Counted from the first letter of the stretch, positions 46,967 to 56,674 are shown. The stretch is DNA of 64,000 nt from an uncultured Gemmatimonadales bacterium (GCA_963740175.1 CAVUDL010000004.1:1600-65599); one strand, 5' to 3'. Numbers and translations: made by a program. Notes: generated from the sequence alone by a model not told the origin.

Positions 46967-47009
46967 CGCGACTAAAGTCGCTGCTCGGCAGACCGTGGCT
47001 TCGCCACGG
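46967..47009 (+). repeat. REP copy (left flank)
   Basis: CGCGACTAAAGTCGCTGCTCGGCAGACCGTGGCTTCGCCACGG. It forms two hairpins: GCGAC-TAAA-GTCGC and CCGTGGC-TTC-GCCACGG. Confidence 0.8.
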
Positions 47010-47131
47010 CGATAGCGGGAGTCGGCCGATTGCAGCGCAGATCTAGCTTCGCAATGGCGTGCGTGGAATAGGTCTCGTCAGAAGCATTTCGGGACTCGAG
47101 GGCTCTGGAATTCGGAGCATCTTCGGGGCCC

Positions 47132-47560
47132 ATGCGCCATCGCCTGTATATCCATCTGGTTTGGACCACCCGTGGCAGAGAACGATTAATCGATCGCGAT
47201 CTAGCGCGATTCCTCTGCCGGTTCCTCAGGGCCATGGCCCGCAAGGAGAGAGCCTACATTCTGGAAATCGGCCTGGTCCAAACTCACGTTCATGTTCTGG
47301 CCCGCGTGCACCCAACGAACTCGATTTCTTCGCTAGTCAAACGGCTGAAGGGGGCGAGCTCGGCAGTCGCAGCCGACGCAGGACTGGGCAAGACGGCCAA
47401 GCTCTATTGGGCGAAGGGGTACTCGGTACAAAGTGTAAGCAGTCGATCCTTGGACACTGTCCGAGGATACCTCCGCAGTCAGCCGGCCCACCACGGATCC
47501 GAGGCGATCGTGGGTTGGGAGGGTGACAGGCCAGAATACGACACTGCTAGTGTGACGTAA
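47132..47560 (+). CDS. IS200/IS605-family Y1 HUH transposase (REP-associated tyrosine transposase-like)
   Basis: 142 aa. Motifs: LYIHLVWTTRGR, HUH motif THVHVL, catalytic Tyr region YWAKGYSVQSV. Confidence 0.85.
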   Translation: MRHRLYIHLVWTTRGRERLIDRDLARFLCRFLRAMARKERAYILEIGLVQTHVHVLARVHPTNSISSLVKRLKGASSAVAADAGLGKTAKLYWAKGYSVQSVSSRSLDTVRGYLRSQPAHHGSEAIVGWEGDRPEYDTASVT

Positions 47561-47578
47561 CAACGACAGCGCTGATGT

Positions 47579-47621
47579 CCGTGGCGCAGCCACGGCGAGC
47601 CGAGCAGCGACTTTAGTCGCG
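47579..47621 (-). repeat. REP copy (right flank, inverted)
   Basis: The reverse complement reads CGCGACTAAAGTCGCTGCTCGGCTCGCCGTGGCTGCGCCACGG. It overlaps the last three codons and the stop of the gene at 47613. Confidence 0.8.
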
Positions 47622-48810
47622 AATCGTCCCTCGGGCGATCGACAGGCAGTCCCCGCCGGAGCTGAAGAGATAGAAGGTCCTGCCGTCCGCGCTCATGTAC
47701 TTGGTGGGAATGTCGGCCCGCTCACCAGAGCCCCAGTCCGTGGACCCGCACGCTGCGGTGCTGGTGCCTCCGGGCCAGGTTGCGCCTTCGCTGGAGAACA
47801 CCGTCTGCCACGGGCCCCACGGCTGAGCCGACACCAGGACCACGAGTCCGCCATTGAACCGGCTGCCCGGGCTCGGCGACGCTGCGGCGGGATCGAATAC
47901 CAGCGACAACATGAAGCGCTCCGATCCCGGGGTTCCAACTCATGCCGGCGCGGGGAGTGAAGCTGATCCCTGGCGCATGAAAGACCGGGGTAGCGGCACT
48001 CGGCGCCGAGCACCACGCCGGGCTTTCCGCGCTGCCGCAGAAGTACTCCCAGCTGCCCTGCTGCATCAGATCGATGCGAGAGCCGCGCAGCAGGCCGAAC
48101 GCCGGCACCAGCTCATAGGCGCTGCTGCTGATGCCGCCGGCGGCGCTCGAGCTCATCGGGATGACGGCATACACGTAGTCGGCCGGACCGCCAGTGTATC
48201 CCCGTCCGTACTGCACGAACGAGGCGTAGCCCACCCCGGGCAGGCTCCAGTCCACCCAGGTGAACGCCGGGTTGGGCGAGTCGTAGTTGTCGGAAAATTT
48301 CAGGCGCACTCCGGTGCCGGAGGAGCTGATGTTCCGGATCCAGTACCAGAAGCGGGAGCCATCGTGCAGCATGCCGGCCGCCTTGTGACTGGCCGAGTCA
48401 TCGCCCACGGCTTCCACGCCGGCGCCGAGCGCCGCGTCGTCCCAGTCGTTAGGATCGCCGGTGGCAACCACCGTGAAGGAAACGCTCTCCGCGGTGGGGC
48501 CGGAGATTCGACCGAAGCCCATCCCGATCTTCCCGGGCACGCCGTCTGGCCGGCAGTCGCCGAACGCGGTGTAGAGGTTGTCGTCGGGGGCCCAGGTCGG
48601 GGTCCACGAGTCGCAGCCGGCGGTACTGGCGACTTGCATCATTGCGGATTGAGGGTCCCACTGTATGGTGGTGAGAGGTGCCGGCTCCTCCGCCGGTGGC
48701 AGCTCGTCGTCCGGCACCTCCGGGGCAGGGTCCACGGTGTCACCACAGCCGGTGCCCAGCAGGAACGCCAGGACGGCCACCACCCGTAGGGCGCTGGTGA
48801 GGTTGCTCAC
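47613..48810 (-). pseudogene. secreted hypothetical lipoprotein, cassette copy 2 (gene A2), interrupted by a 1-nt frameshift near 47915..47927
   Basis: Split between ORFs 47722..48969 (real start GTG 48810, lipobox LLGTGC) and 47613..47912. Between the conserved GG and ATG, copy 1 has 12 nt and this copy has 13 nt. Confidence 0.65.
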
Positions 48811-48845
48811 CGAGGTTGCGCGGGCTTTCGAGGTACCGTCACAGG

Positions 48846-50600
48846 ATGCCAATTCCCCGTCTTTCACGCTGGCCGGGCGCCATATCGCTCCTGACACTCG
48901 CGCTGAGTTGTACCGCCGATCCGCCAACCTCATTACCTGAGACGTCCTTTCCCGACAGCGTGCCGGCAACCGATAGCGTGCCGGCGGTCCCGATCGACGG
49001 CTTCCAGTGGGGCTCCGCCACCCCGGAGAGCCAGGGGATGTGCGGGGCCTCGATCCAGCTGGGCTGCACCAAGACTCTGGAGCAGATCTGGACCGGTATC
49101 AGTGAGCCCAAGCACAATACCAAGCGGCTCATAGTGATCCGGAACGATCGGGTGATCTACGACCGGGGCGAGCCGGGACCGCACCCCTCGTATTCCGCCT
49201 CCAAGGGCCTCCTCGGCGCACCCGCGCTGGTGTATGCCATGAGCAAATGCGGAGTGGGACTGGGAAGCCGGGTCTCGGGCTGGCTGGGCCATGGCAGCGG
49301 CGCCCGCTGGGCGACCCAGTATCCCTGGACCGACATCACGGTCGAGCACCTCGCCACCCATACCAGCGGCGTGTGCGACTACGCCAACCCCAGCGCCGCC
49401 TGTCAGGATGGGACTCCCGAGTGGCAGCGGGCCTACGATGTCGCCGAACGGGGAGGCGAAGAACATGAGTATCCCGACGATGCCTTCACCATCGCCCGGC
49501 TGCACTCCGAGCTGAACAGCGAGCCCGCGCTGCCTCCGGGAACCGTCTACGAGTACAGCAACGTCGGGCACGCCCTGCTGAACTACTCGGTCCAGCGAGC
49601 CTGCGGTGAGAGTCTGGCCGACATCTTCGATCTGCACATCAAACAGCCCGGCATGGGCTCGCCGGTCGGTCCGGCGCTGATCCAGACCGATGAAGGCCAA
49701 CAGTTCAATCAGAGCGCCGGCATCGCGAGGTGGGAGGGCCTCGATGGCGCCGCGGTGCTGCGGCTGGCCGGCCGGCTCGGTATCTGGAATAACAGGAATG
49801 TGGAGCCGGTGAGGTACTGGCATGAACTGACCAAAGTGGAAGGGAATCTCCCGGCCGCATCGTACGCGAGTCGAGGCGTGATATACGAGAACAACTCGTT
49901 GGACACCTGGACCCAGTCGCCCGGCCACAAGCGGCTCTCGCCGGAGACGTTTGGACACGGCGGCAACTACAGCACCGTTTTTCTAACCGATCCTTTGACC
50001 GCTACGATCGTGGTGCGGCAGGGCGAGAACAACGCGACCGGCGCGTCGTACCTCACGACCAATGGGTGCGAGCCGGGCTGGACCGGGACGGCGCCGGACT
50101 GTCAGGAAGGGACCGACTGGAGCAACAACTGGAACGTGGCCGGCGGCGAGCTCGGCTCCTCCCGGGTTGGACCCCGAGTACTGATAGTGGAGCCGCTGCA
50201 GGAAGCGTTCTTCTTTCCACCGCCGTTCTGCCGCATCACGGCCGCAGCCGGGCAGCCGGTCGACCGCACCAGCGACTCCTACGCTACGCCCTCAGGCGCC
50301 ACGACTGTCGACCTGGTAGCAGAGATCATTCCCAACCCGCGTGAGGGCGAGGGCTCGTCGGTGGCCGACCGGGTCGAGTTCTACAAGGAGAGCGAAGGCT
50401 TCGCGCCGCAGCACGTCGGCAACGGGACATTGGTCCCTGGCAGCAGCCCGGCACAGTATCAGCTGTCCTACAGCGTGGATGCTCACGGTGCACCGGGCGA
50501 GACCAGGACCTATTTCGCCAGCTGCGTGGCCAGGTCGGCGCAGGACGGCACCAAGGAAGTTCCCTCCTATTCGCGGCCGGTTCGAGTTGGCCGGATGTGA
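48846..50600 (+). CDS. serine hydrolase, beta-lactamase/PBP-like (cassette copy 2, gene B2)
   Basis: Internal ATG at 48846 (MPIPRLSRWPGAISLLTLALSC). Motifs YSASKG and EYSNVGHAL. It is collinear with 33724..35472. Confidence 0.8.
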   Translation: MPIPRLSRWPGAISLLTLALSCTADPPTSLPETSFPDSVPATDSVPAVPIDGFQWGSATPESQGMCGASIQLGCTKTLEQIWTGISEPKHNTKRLIVIRNDRVIYDRGEPGPHPSYSASKGLLGAPALVYAMSKCGVGLGSRVSGWLGHGSGARWATQYPWTDITVEHLATHTSGVCDYANPSAACQDGTPEWQRAYDVAERGGEEHEYPDDAFTIARLHSELNSEPALPPGTVYEYSNVGHALLNYSVQRACGESLADIFDLHIKQPGMGSPVGPALIQTDEGQQFNQSAGIARWEGLDGAAVLRLAGRLGIWNNRNVEPVRYWHELTKVEGNLPAASYASRGVIYENNSLDTWTQSPGHKRLSPETFGHGGNYSTVFLTDPLTATIVVRQGENNATGASYLTTNGCEPGWTGTAPDCQEGTDWSNNWNVAGGELGSSRVGPRVLIVEPLQEAFFFPPPFCRITAAAGQPVDRTSDSYATPSGATTVDLVAEIIPNPREGEGSSVADRVEFYKESEGFAPQHVGNGTLVPGSSPAQYQLSYSVDAHGAPGETRTYFASCVARSAQDGTKEVPSYSRPVRVGRM

Positions 50601-50639
50601 TCCTCCCGTAGCTGCTTTTCGCCGGCTCCCACCCCTGGC

Positions 50640-51692
50640 TCAGCCGAATGTGAACGCGAAGAGCTCCACGCCCGGATCGAGAAACTCGATCTCGAACTGC
50701 CGCTCGGCGATCGGCTTCGGCTGTCGAATCAGCTGGTAGAGCCGCTGGCCGGTCACAGTGCCCATGCCCTGCTCGTCCACGTCGAGCCCGTGAGCGGCGC
50801 CGGGCGGATGGCCATCGATGGTCACCCGAAACCGCACGGAGGTTCCCGCCGCCGCCGGTCCCATCACCAGATGCAGGTCCCGGGCGTGAAAGCGGTACAC
50901 CAGTCGGCCGCTGGCCTGGTGGAGCACCGTGGCCTGCTTTCCTATCGTCCAGCTCCCGGCCAGCGCCCAATGATTCAGCTTCACTCGGGTGGGAACCGCA
51001 TATCCGTGGCGCTGGTCGGCTATGCCTCCGGGAGAGGCGAAGTTCACCGTGCGCTCATGGCCGAGATAGTTTTCCGGAGACTGCAGGCTGGCCCAATCGG
51101 CTGCCGCCTCTATGCCCCGGCCCTCGACCGAAACGTTTTCCTTCCCGCGGCCGCCCGTCCGCGCCTCGGCCAGCAGCTCTCGAATCACCCGCTCTGATTG
51201 GGCGTATTCACCCTCGCCGAACTGATGGTGGCGGATGCGACCCTTACCGTTGATGAAATAGAGGGCGGGCCAATACTGGTTGTCGAACGCACGCCAGATG
51301 GCGTGCTCGTTGTCCACCGCCACGGCAAAGTCGATGCCCTCCCGCTTCAGCTCCCGCCGCACGTTCTCGAGGTCTTTCTCGAACTCGAACTCGGGTGCGT
51401 GCACCTGGATCACCACCAGTCCCTCATCCTTGTACTTCTCGGCCCAGGCGCGGACGTAGGGAAGGGTGCGGAGCCAGTTGATGCAGGTGTAGGTGCCGAA
51501 CTCGATCAGGACGACCTTGCCGCGGAGGGCAGCGGAGGTAAGCGGCGGCGAGTTGATCCACTCCGTGGCGCTGCCGAGCGATGCCAGCTCGGGCTCGACG
51601 GGGGTCTGGACGGAGGTGCGCATCGGCGATCCGGTTGCGCCGGCCAGGACCGCGGCCAGCAGGAGCTGGTGTGGGTTCACGATAAAGCTCAC
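50640..51692 (-). CDS. thioredoxin-fold redoxin, DipZ C-terminal-like (thioredoxin domain plus beta-sandwich domain)
   Basis: GTG at 51692 overlaps the upstream stop (GTGA). The stretch VVLIEFGTYTCINWLRTLPYV resembles the DipZ CxxC region, but the second Cys is replaced by Trp. Confidence 0.75.
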   Translation of the reverse strand: MSFIVNPHQLLLAAVLAGATGSPMRTSVQTPVEPELASLGSATEWINSPPLTSAALRGKVVLIEFGTYTCINWLRTLPYVRAWAEKYKDEGLVVIQVHAPEFEFEKDLENVRRELKREGIDFAVAVDNEHAIWRAFDNQYWPALYFINGKGRIRHHQFGEGEYAQSERVIRELLAEARTGGRGKENVSVEGRGIEAAADWASLQSPENYLGHERTVNFASPGGIADQRHGYAVPTRVKLNHWALAGSWTIGKQATVLHQASGRLVYRFHARDLHLVMGPAAAGTSVRFRVTIDGHPPGAAHGLDVDEQGMGTVTGQRLYQLIRQPKPIAERQFEIEFLDPGVELFAFTFG

Positions 51693-52723
51693 ATGGTCAG
51701 CACGACACGAAACTGTGCCTTGCCACTGATCATGCGGGCATAGGCCTCGTCGGCCTTTTCCAGGGGATAGGTCTCGATCAGGGCGCGCACGCCGCTCAGC
51801 TCGGCGAAGCGCAGCGTGTCCTCCGAGTCGGTGGGCGTCCCCGAGGACCACCCCTGGATCGACCGGCTTCCGGAAATGAGCTGGACCGGCGTCACTTCGA
51901 TCGGATCGAAGGCCGCACCGACTACCATGAGCCGGCCGTTGGGCGCAAGCCCGTCGATCAGGGCGGACATGGCCTTCGAGCTGGGGGCGGTCGCCAGGAT
52001 CACCTTGGCGCCGCCCAGCTTCTGCAGAGCCTGAGCCGGATCGGTCGCCGCGCTGTCGATGTATGCTGTGGCTCCCATCGCCCTGGCACGGCCCGCGTTG
52101 GCCGCGCCCCGCCCTATGGCCACCACCCGGTAGCCAAACTTGGCCGCGAACTGAATGCCGAGATGGCCCAGGCCGCCGATGCCCTGGACCGCGACCAGGT
52201 CGGCGGGCAACGCGCCACTGTGCCGCAGCGCATTGTAGGTGGTGATGCCGGCGCAGAGCAGCGGCGCGGCGTCCACGTCACTGAGTCCATCGGGCAGAGC
52301 GACCAGCGCGGTTGTGGGAGCCACCATGTATTCCTGGTAGCCGCCGTCGTAGCTGATGCCGGGAATCTGCAGATTTCGGCAATTGCGAAAATCGCCTCTC
52401 CTGCACTGGAGGCACGTCCCATCGTGGCCGCCGTGCCAACCCACCCCGACTCGCTGACCCTTCTTCCACCCGGAAACACCGTCACCGACCTCGTCGATAA
52501 TGCCCGCCACTTCATGACCCGGGATGCGAGGATACTGGATCCCGGGCCAGTGCCCTTCCTTGGTGAACTCATCACTGTGGCAGACCCCACAGGCCTGCAC
52601 CTTGATGCGCACCTCCCGGAAACCCGGGCTCGGAATCTCGCGCTCGACGATTGCGAACGCCGCTCCCGGGGCCGGAACCTGCGCCACCCTCATCGTTGCG
52701 GTTGCGACTGCCGTGGTTCCCAT
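51689..52723 (-). CDS. Zn-dependent NAD(P) alcohol dehydrogenase
   Basis: 344 aa. Motifs: CGVCHSDE, GHEVAGIIDEVG, GIGGLGHLGIQFA. Confidence 0.9.
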   Translation of the reverse strand: MGTTAVATATMRVAQVPAPGAAFAIVEREIPSPGFREVRIKVQACGVCHSDEFTKEGHWPGIQYPRIPGHEVAGIIDEVGDGVSGWKKGQRVGVGWHGGHDGTCLQCRRGDFRNCRNLQIPGISYDGGYQEYMVAPTTALVALPDGLSDVDAAPLLCAGITTYNALRHSGALPADLVAVQGIGGLGHLGIQFAAKFGYRVVAIGRGAANAGRARAMGATAYIDSAATDPAQALQKLGGAKVILATAPSSKAMSALIDGLAPNGRLMVVGAAFDPIEVTPVQLISGSRSIQGWSSGTPTDSEDTLRFAELSGVRALIETYPLEKADEAYARMISGKAQFRVVLTM

Positions 52724-52740
52724 ACGACCTCCTCTCAGTA

Positions 52741-52767
52741 TCCGTCCTCTCCGTCCTCTCCGTCTTT
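52741..52767. repeat. tandem 9-mer (TCCGTCCTC x2, TCCGTCTTT)
   Basis: It lies between the ADH start and the epoxide hydrolase stop. On the minus strand the units read GAGGACGGA (SD-like). Confidence 0.8.
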
Positions 52768-52768
52768 T

Positions 52769-54097
52769 CTACCGCAGCGACCGGAAGCCCGCGCGGAGTT
52801 CTTCCGAAAAGGCTTTTGGCTGCTCCCAGGCCGCGAAGTGCCCGCCTTTAGGGAGCCGGTTGTAGTGAATGAGCTTCGGATACGCCTTCTCAGCCCAACT
52901 CTTCGGCGCCTGGTAGATCTCTTCGGCGAAAGCGCTCACGGCGACCGGGATCTCGATGCCCCTCACATCGAAGAAGCCGCCAGCCGGAAGATTATGCCGG
53001 GTGTCCCAGTAGAGGCGTGCAGAGGAGATGGCGGTGTTCGTCAGCCAGTAGAGCGTGACGTTGTCGAGGATGTCGTCCCGGGTAAGACCTTCCGGCTTGC
53101 CGTCGAAAGCGCGCGCGATCATTCGGTAGCTGCGGATGTCATGGTCGATCATCCACGCCGCAAGGCCAACCGGAGAATCGGCGATCCCGTACAAAGTCTG
53201 TGGGCGGTTGTTCATCTCGATGGCGTAGCCCAACCCGTTCTTGTAGAAATCGTCGAGTTGATCCCACGCGGTTTTTTCATCAGGCGAGAGGCCGGCCGGC
53301 GGCGGGCCGCCAACTGCGAGTGCCTTCGACACATCGGGGGGAACGGTGGAGGCCATGTTGGTGTGAATGCCGAGCAGTCCCGACGGCTGTTGCAGGGCCA
53401 TCACCTCGGAAACGGCGTTGCCCCAATCGCCACCCTGCGCCACGTACTGTGTGTAGCCGAGGCGGTGCATCAGCTTCGCCCACGCCTTAGCGATGCTCAC
53501 CGGGTTCCACCCGGGCGCCGTCGGCTTGGCGGAGAAGCCGTAGCCCGGCAGGGACGGAATCACGAGGTGGAAGGCATCCGCTGCACTCCCCCCATGGGCC
53601 GTGGGATTTGTCAGCGGCTCGATGATTTTGAGCTGCTCGATGATGGAGCCGGGCCATCCATGCGTAACGATCATCGGTAACGCATTCTCGTGCTTGGAGC
53701 GCACGTGGATGAAGTGAATGTCGAGCCCATCGATGTTAGTGATAAAGGCGGGCAGGGCGTCGAGCCGCGCTTCCACCTTGCGCCAGTCGTACTCTGTCTC
53801 CCAATAGCGCGCCAGCTTCTGAATCGTGTTGAGCTGCACACCCTGTGAGTCATTCGTCACCTGTTCTCGATCTGGCCACTTTGTCGCCTTGATGCGCCGG
53901 CGGAGATCGGCGAGCGCCTCATCGGACGCATGAAACTTGAACGGCCGGATTGCGGTGTCTTTGCTTGCTACGGGTGGCGCGGGCGCGACCTGGGCCATGG
54001 TGGCCTCCTTGTAGGTCTGGGCGTAGCCAGGGGCTGCGAGCAGGACGAGGCTCAAGGCGCCCCTGGCTGCCGAGGTGGCAACATCGAGTCTGGTCAT
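52769..54097 (-). CDS. epoxide hydrolase (EHN N-terminal domain plus alpha/beta hydrolase), secreted
   Basis: 442 aa. Motifs: IRPFKFHASDEALADLRRRI, HGWPGS, GGDWG. Confidence 0.85.
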   Translation of the reverse strand: MTRLDVATSAARGALSLVLLAAPGYAQTYKEATMAQVAPAPPVASKDTAIRPFKFHASDEALADLRRRIKATKWPDREQVTNDSQGVQLNTIQKLARYWETEYDWRKVEARLDALPAFITNIDGLDIHFIHVRSKHENALPMIVTHGWPGSIIEQLKIIEPLTNPTAHGGSAADAFHLVIPSLPGYGFSAKPTAPGWNPVSIAKAWAKLMHRLGYTQYVAQGGDWGNAVSEVMALQQPSGLLGIHTNMASTVPPDVSKALAVGGPPPAGLSPDEKTAWDQLDDFYKNGLGYAIEMNNRPQTLYGIADSPVGLAAWMIDHDIRSYRMIARAFDGKPEGLTRDDILDNVTLYWLTNTAISSARLYWDTRHNLPAGGFFDVRGIEIPVAVSAFAEEIYQAPKSWAEKAYPKLIHYNRLPKGGHFAAWEQPKAFSEELRAGFRSLR

Positions 54098-54100
54098 GGC

Positions 54101-55424
54101 TCACCGTCCTTCGCGCAGCGATCTGAATGCAGCTCTGAGCTCCTCGCTGAAAATTGTCGGTTGCTCCCACGCCGCGAAGTGGCCGCCTTTTGCGACCCGG
54201 TTGTAATGGATGAGCTTGGGATAGGCCCGCTCGGTCCAGCTCCGCGGAGCCTCGTACTGCTCGCCGGGGAAGACGGTCACGGCCACCGGGATCTTGACGC
54301 CCTTGGCGTTGAAGAAGCCGCCCTTGTATTCCCAATAGAGACGCGAGGAAGAGACCCCTGTGTTCGTCAGCCAATACAGCGTGATGTTGTCGAGGATCTC
54401 GTCCCGTGTCAGCTCGCCGGTGGCGCTCGAGGTGCGGTTCAAGCCTGCCACGACCGCGGCGGCGGGCTGCCCGTGAGCGTCATTGTGATCGAGGAGCCAG
54501 GCCGCGAGGCCCACGGGCGAATCCGCCAGTCCGTACAGGGTCTGGGGGCGGGACCCCATGATCCGGGCGTAGTCCACCTGCTTGAACGTGCGGGCGAGCT
54601 GCTCGTAGGCGCGCTTTTCCTCGGCTGAGAGGCCGGATGGGGGCGGGGCGCCGATCCCGAGCGCCTTGTCGACATCTGCTGGAACCGTGGCCGGCATGTT
54701 GGTGTGGATGCCGAGCAATCCCGGTGGGGCCTGCAGACCCATCTGATCGACGACAAACGCACCCCAGTCGCCGCCCTGGGCGACGTACCGGGTGTAGCCG
54801 AGGCGCTTCATCAGCTCCGCCCAGGCTCGGCCCATTCGCTCGGGGCCCCAGCCGGTGCCCGTCGGCTTTCCGGAGAACCCGTAGCCCGGCATCGACGGGA
54901 TAACGACGTCGAATGCGTCTTCGGTCTTCCCTCCATGAGCGACAGGATCCGTCAGCGGTCCAATGAGCTTGATCTGCTCGAGCACCGAGCCCGGCCAGCC
55001 GTGGCTGATGACCAGCGGAAGTGCATTCTTCTCCCGCGACCGGACGTGGATGAAGTGAATCTCGAGCCCGTCGATGTTGGTCACGAAGTGCGGCAGGGCC
55101 TTGAGTTTCGCTTCCCCCTTTCGCCAGTCGTACTCCGTCCCCCAATAGCTTACGAGCTCTCGAATCATCGAGAGCGGCACCCCCTGCGACTGATCCCCGA
55201 CCGTCTCCTTTTCGGGCCAGCGCGTAGCAGCTATGCGCCGGCGAAGCTCCGCAAGATCCTGGTCCGGAACGTTGAACCGGAAGGATCGGATCGTGGTGTC
55301 CTCGGCCGCTGCGCGCGGCTGGGCGGAGGTCGCGACACTCTGGCCATAGCTGGGAGAAGCCGGAAAGGAGAAGGCCGAGGGCGGTCGCGGCCGCTAGGCT
55401 GCGCCGGACTTCTGCCGAGGTCAT
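54101..55424 (-). pseudogene. epoxide hydrolase paralog with frame disruption between the signal peptide and the mature domain
   Basis: The catalytic frame ([20 protein letters not shown]...HGWPGS...GGDWG) is open from 55393 down to 54101, but has no start codon before 55180. The signal peptide [25 protein letters not shown] (ATG 55424) is in another frame. Confidence 0.6.
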
Positions 55425-55466
55425 GGTGGAGTCCTGGTAAGGGCGGAGCGGATAGTCACGCCTGGG

Positions 55467-55510
55467 AACAACAAAAAACCGCCGCTCACCTTGATAGGGG
55501 GCTCGGCGGT
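55467..55510 (-). terminator. rho-independent terminator candidate downstream of the cupin gene
   Basis: On the minus strand, ACCGCCG...CGGCGGT is followed by TTTTTTGTTGTT. Confidence 0.55.
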
Positions 55511-55640
55511 CTTGAGACCATCACGGACGCCACGACGGCGCGGAGGAGGCGAGGACCTGGGCCACTAATGTGATTGCGGCAGACGCTACCCTAGCGGTCG
55601 GAACCTCTCCAGTCCATATGCACTTCGGCTAGGTGATGCC

Positions 55641-56030
55641 TCACTTGGCAAGGACGAGGAGCGGTTTCCCCTTTTCCACTATGTACGTGGCGAGCTCCGC
55701 GGCGTTACCCTTGCCGGTGTTCTTCACCGCATGGATCGCTCCGGCCGGGATGAACAGGACCTCGCCGGCCTTGAGCGTCGCGGGCGGGTTGTCCCCGAGC
55801 TGATACTCCATCGTGCCTTCGATGGCATAGACAATCTCTTCGCCCGGATGGCTGTGCCTGGGAAATGCTGCCCCCGGAGCGAAATCGACCCGCACCTGGA
55901 CCACCTCGCGGCCGGGCACGCTTAGATCGTGCCGCTGGAGGTCGGTCCGCGTGATCCCCGGCTGCTGCGCCTGCACTACCCGCGGCACCACGCCGATGGC
56001 GATGATCAACGCCAGCACGCCGCCCTTCAA
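55641..56030 (-). CDS. cupin-domain protein with signal peptide
   Basis: 129 aa. Motifs: FPRHSHPGEEIVYAIEG, AGAIHAVKN. Confidence 0.8.
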   Translation of the reverse strand: MKGGVLALIIAIGVVPRVVQAQQPGITRTDLQRHDLSVPGREVVQVRVDFAPGAAFPRHSHPGEEIVYAIEGTMEYQLGDNPPATLKAGEVLFIPAGAIHAVKNTGKGNAAELATYIVEKGKPLLVLAK

Positions 56031-56674
56031 AGCGGTAGCTCTTCGCCCGACTGCTCCTTCACCATGTACTCGGCGTACCAGGACGGCCAGTCCGCGTCCC
56101 GCTCGCCGGTCCGCTTCTCGTGCTCGCCGTGCGCGGTTTCGGCACGCTTGAGCGCCTGGGCCAGGTTGGCCACTGACGGGTAGGTGGTGTCACCGGCGAC
56201 ACGTCCGGGGAACCGGCTCGTCACCTCCTGTAACACCCAGCCGTTGCCGTCCGGGTCCATGAAGGTCGCGTAGGAGCCGTAGCTCTGGTGGTCAGGCGCG
56301 GAACCGCCGACCACGCCGCCGAAAGGTCCGGGACCCTTGGCGAAGTGAAACACCTCGCTCACCTCGACCCCGCGCCGCACCAGGTCGTCTCGTGCTGCCT
56401 GGATGTCGGAGACGACCAGGAACAACCCCTGGGCCGGTCCGGCTCCCTTCTTTCCCAGGTGAATCGAGCACTGGGAGCCCGGGGGCGTGAACTGGACCGC
56501 GCGGTCATCGCCGTCCTTGAAGTCGGCGTCGAGCCGCCAGCCGAGGCTCTCGTAGAATTTCTTGGCGCGGTCAACGTCCGAGACGGAGATGGTGACCACC
56601 TCGAGCTTCAGGTCGACCGTTCCGACGCGTGCGTCGGTGGTCGCGTTCTCACTGCGGACTGCGGCGGTGCTCAT
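56027..56674 (-). CDS. VOC/glyoxalase-family protein
   Basis: Internal ATG at 56674 (MSTAAVRSEN...). The stretch VSDVDRAKKFYESLGW is typical of the family. The stop overlaps the cupin start. Confidence 0.75.
   Translation of the reverse strand: MSTAAVRSENATTDARVGTVDLKLEVVTISVSDVDRAKKFYESLGWRLDADFKDGDDRAVQFTPPGSQCSIHLGKKGAGPAQGLFLVVSDIQAARDDLVRRGVEVSEVFHFAKGPGPFGGVVGGSAPDHQSYGSYATFMDPDGNGWVLQEVTSRFPGRVAGDTTYPSVANLAQALKRAETAHGEHEKRTGERDADWPSWYAEYMVKEQSGEELPL

Larger units (their letters stand above)
46967..47621 (+). mobile_element. REPtron: IS200-like Y1 (RAYT-type) transposase gene flanked by inverted REP copies
   Basis: The 43-nt REP at 46967..47009 is present in inverted form at 47579..47621. 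The internal region is visibly less GC-rich than its surroundings. Confidence 0.75.

Noticed and set aside
47915-47927. Programmed ribosomal frameshifting or additional UGA-Sec recoding at the broken genes (47.9, 55.4, 61.4 kb)
   Set aside because: There is no slippery heptamer and no in-frame UGA joining the halves. The junctions need +1/-1 indels, so mutation or sequencing error is the simpler explanation.
32410-50600. Composite transposon or large mobile island delimited by the two A/B cassette copies
   Set aside because: The copies are about two-thirds identical paralogs, not near-identical IS-like ends. The intervening genes are ordinary chromosomal genes. The only transposase is the small RAYT next to copy 2.
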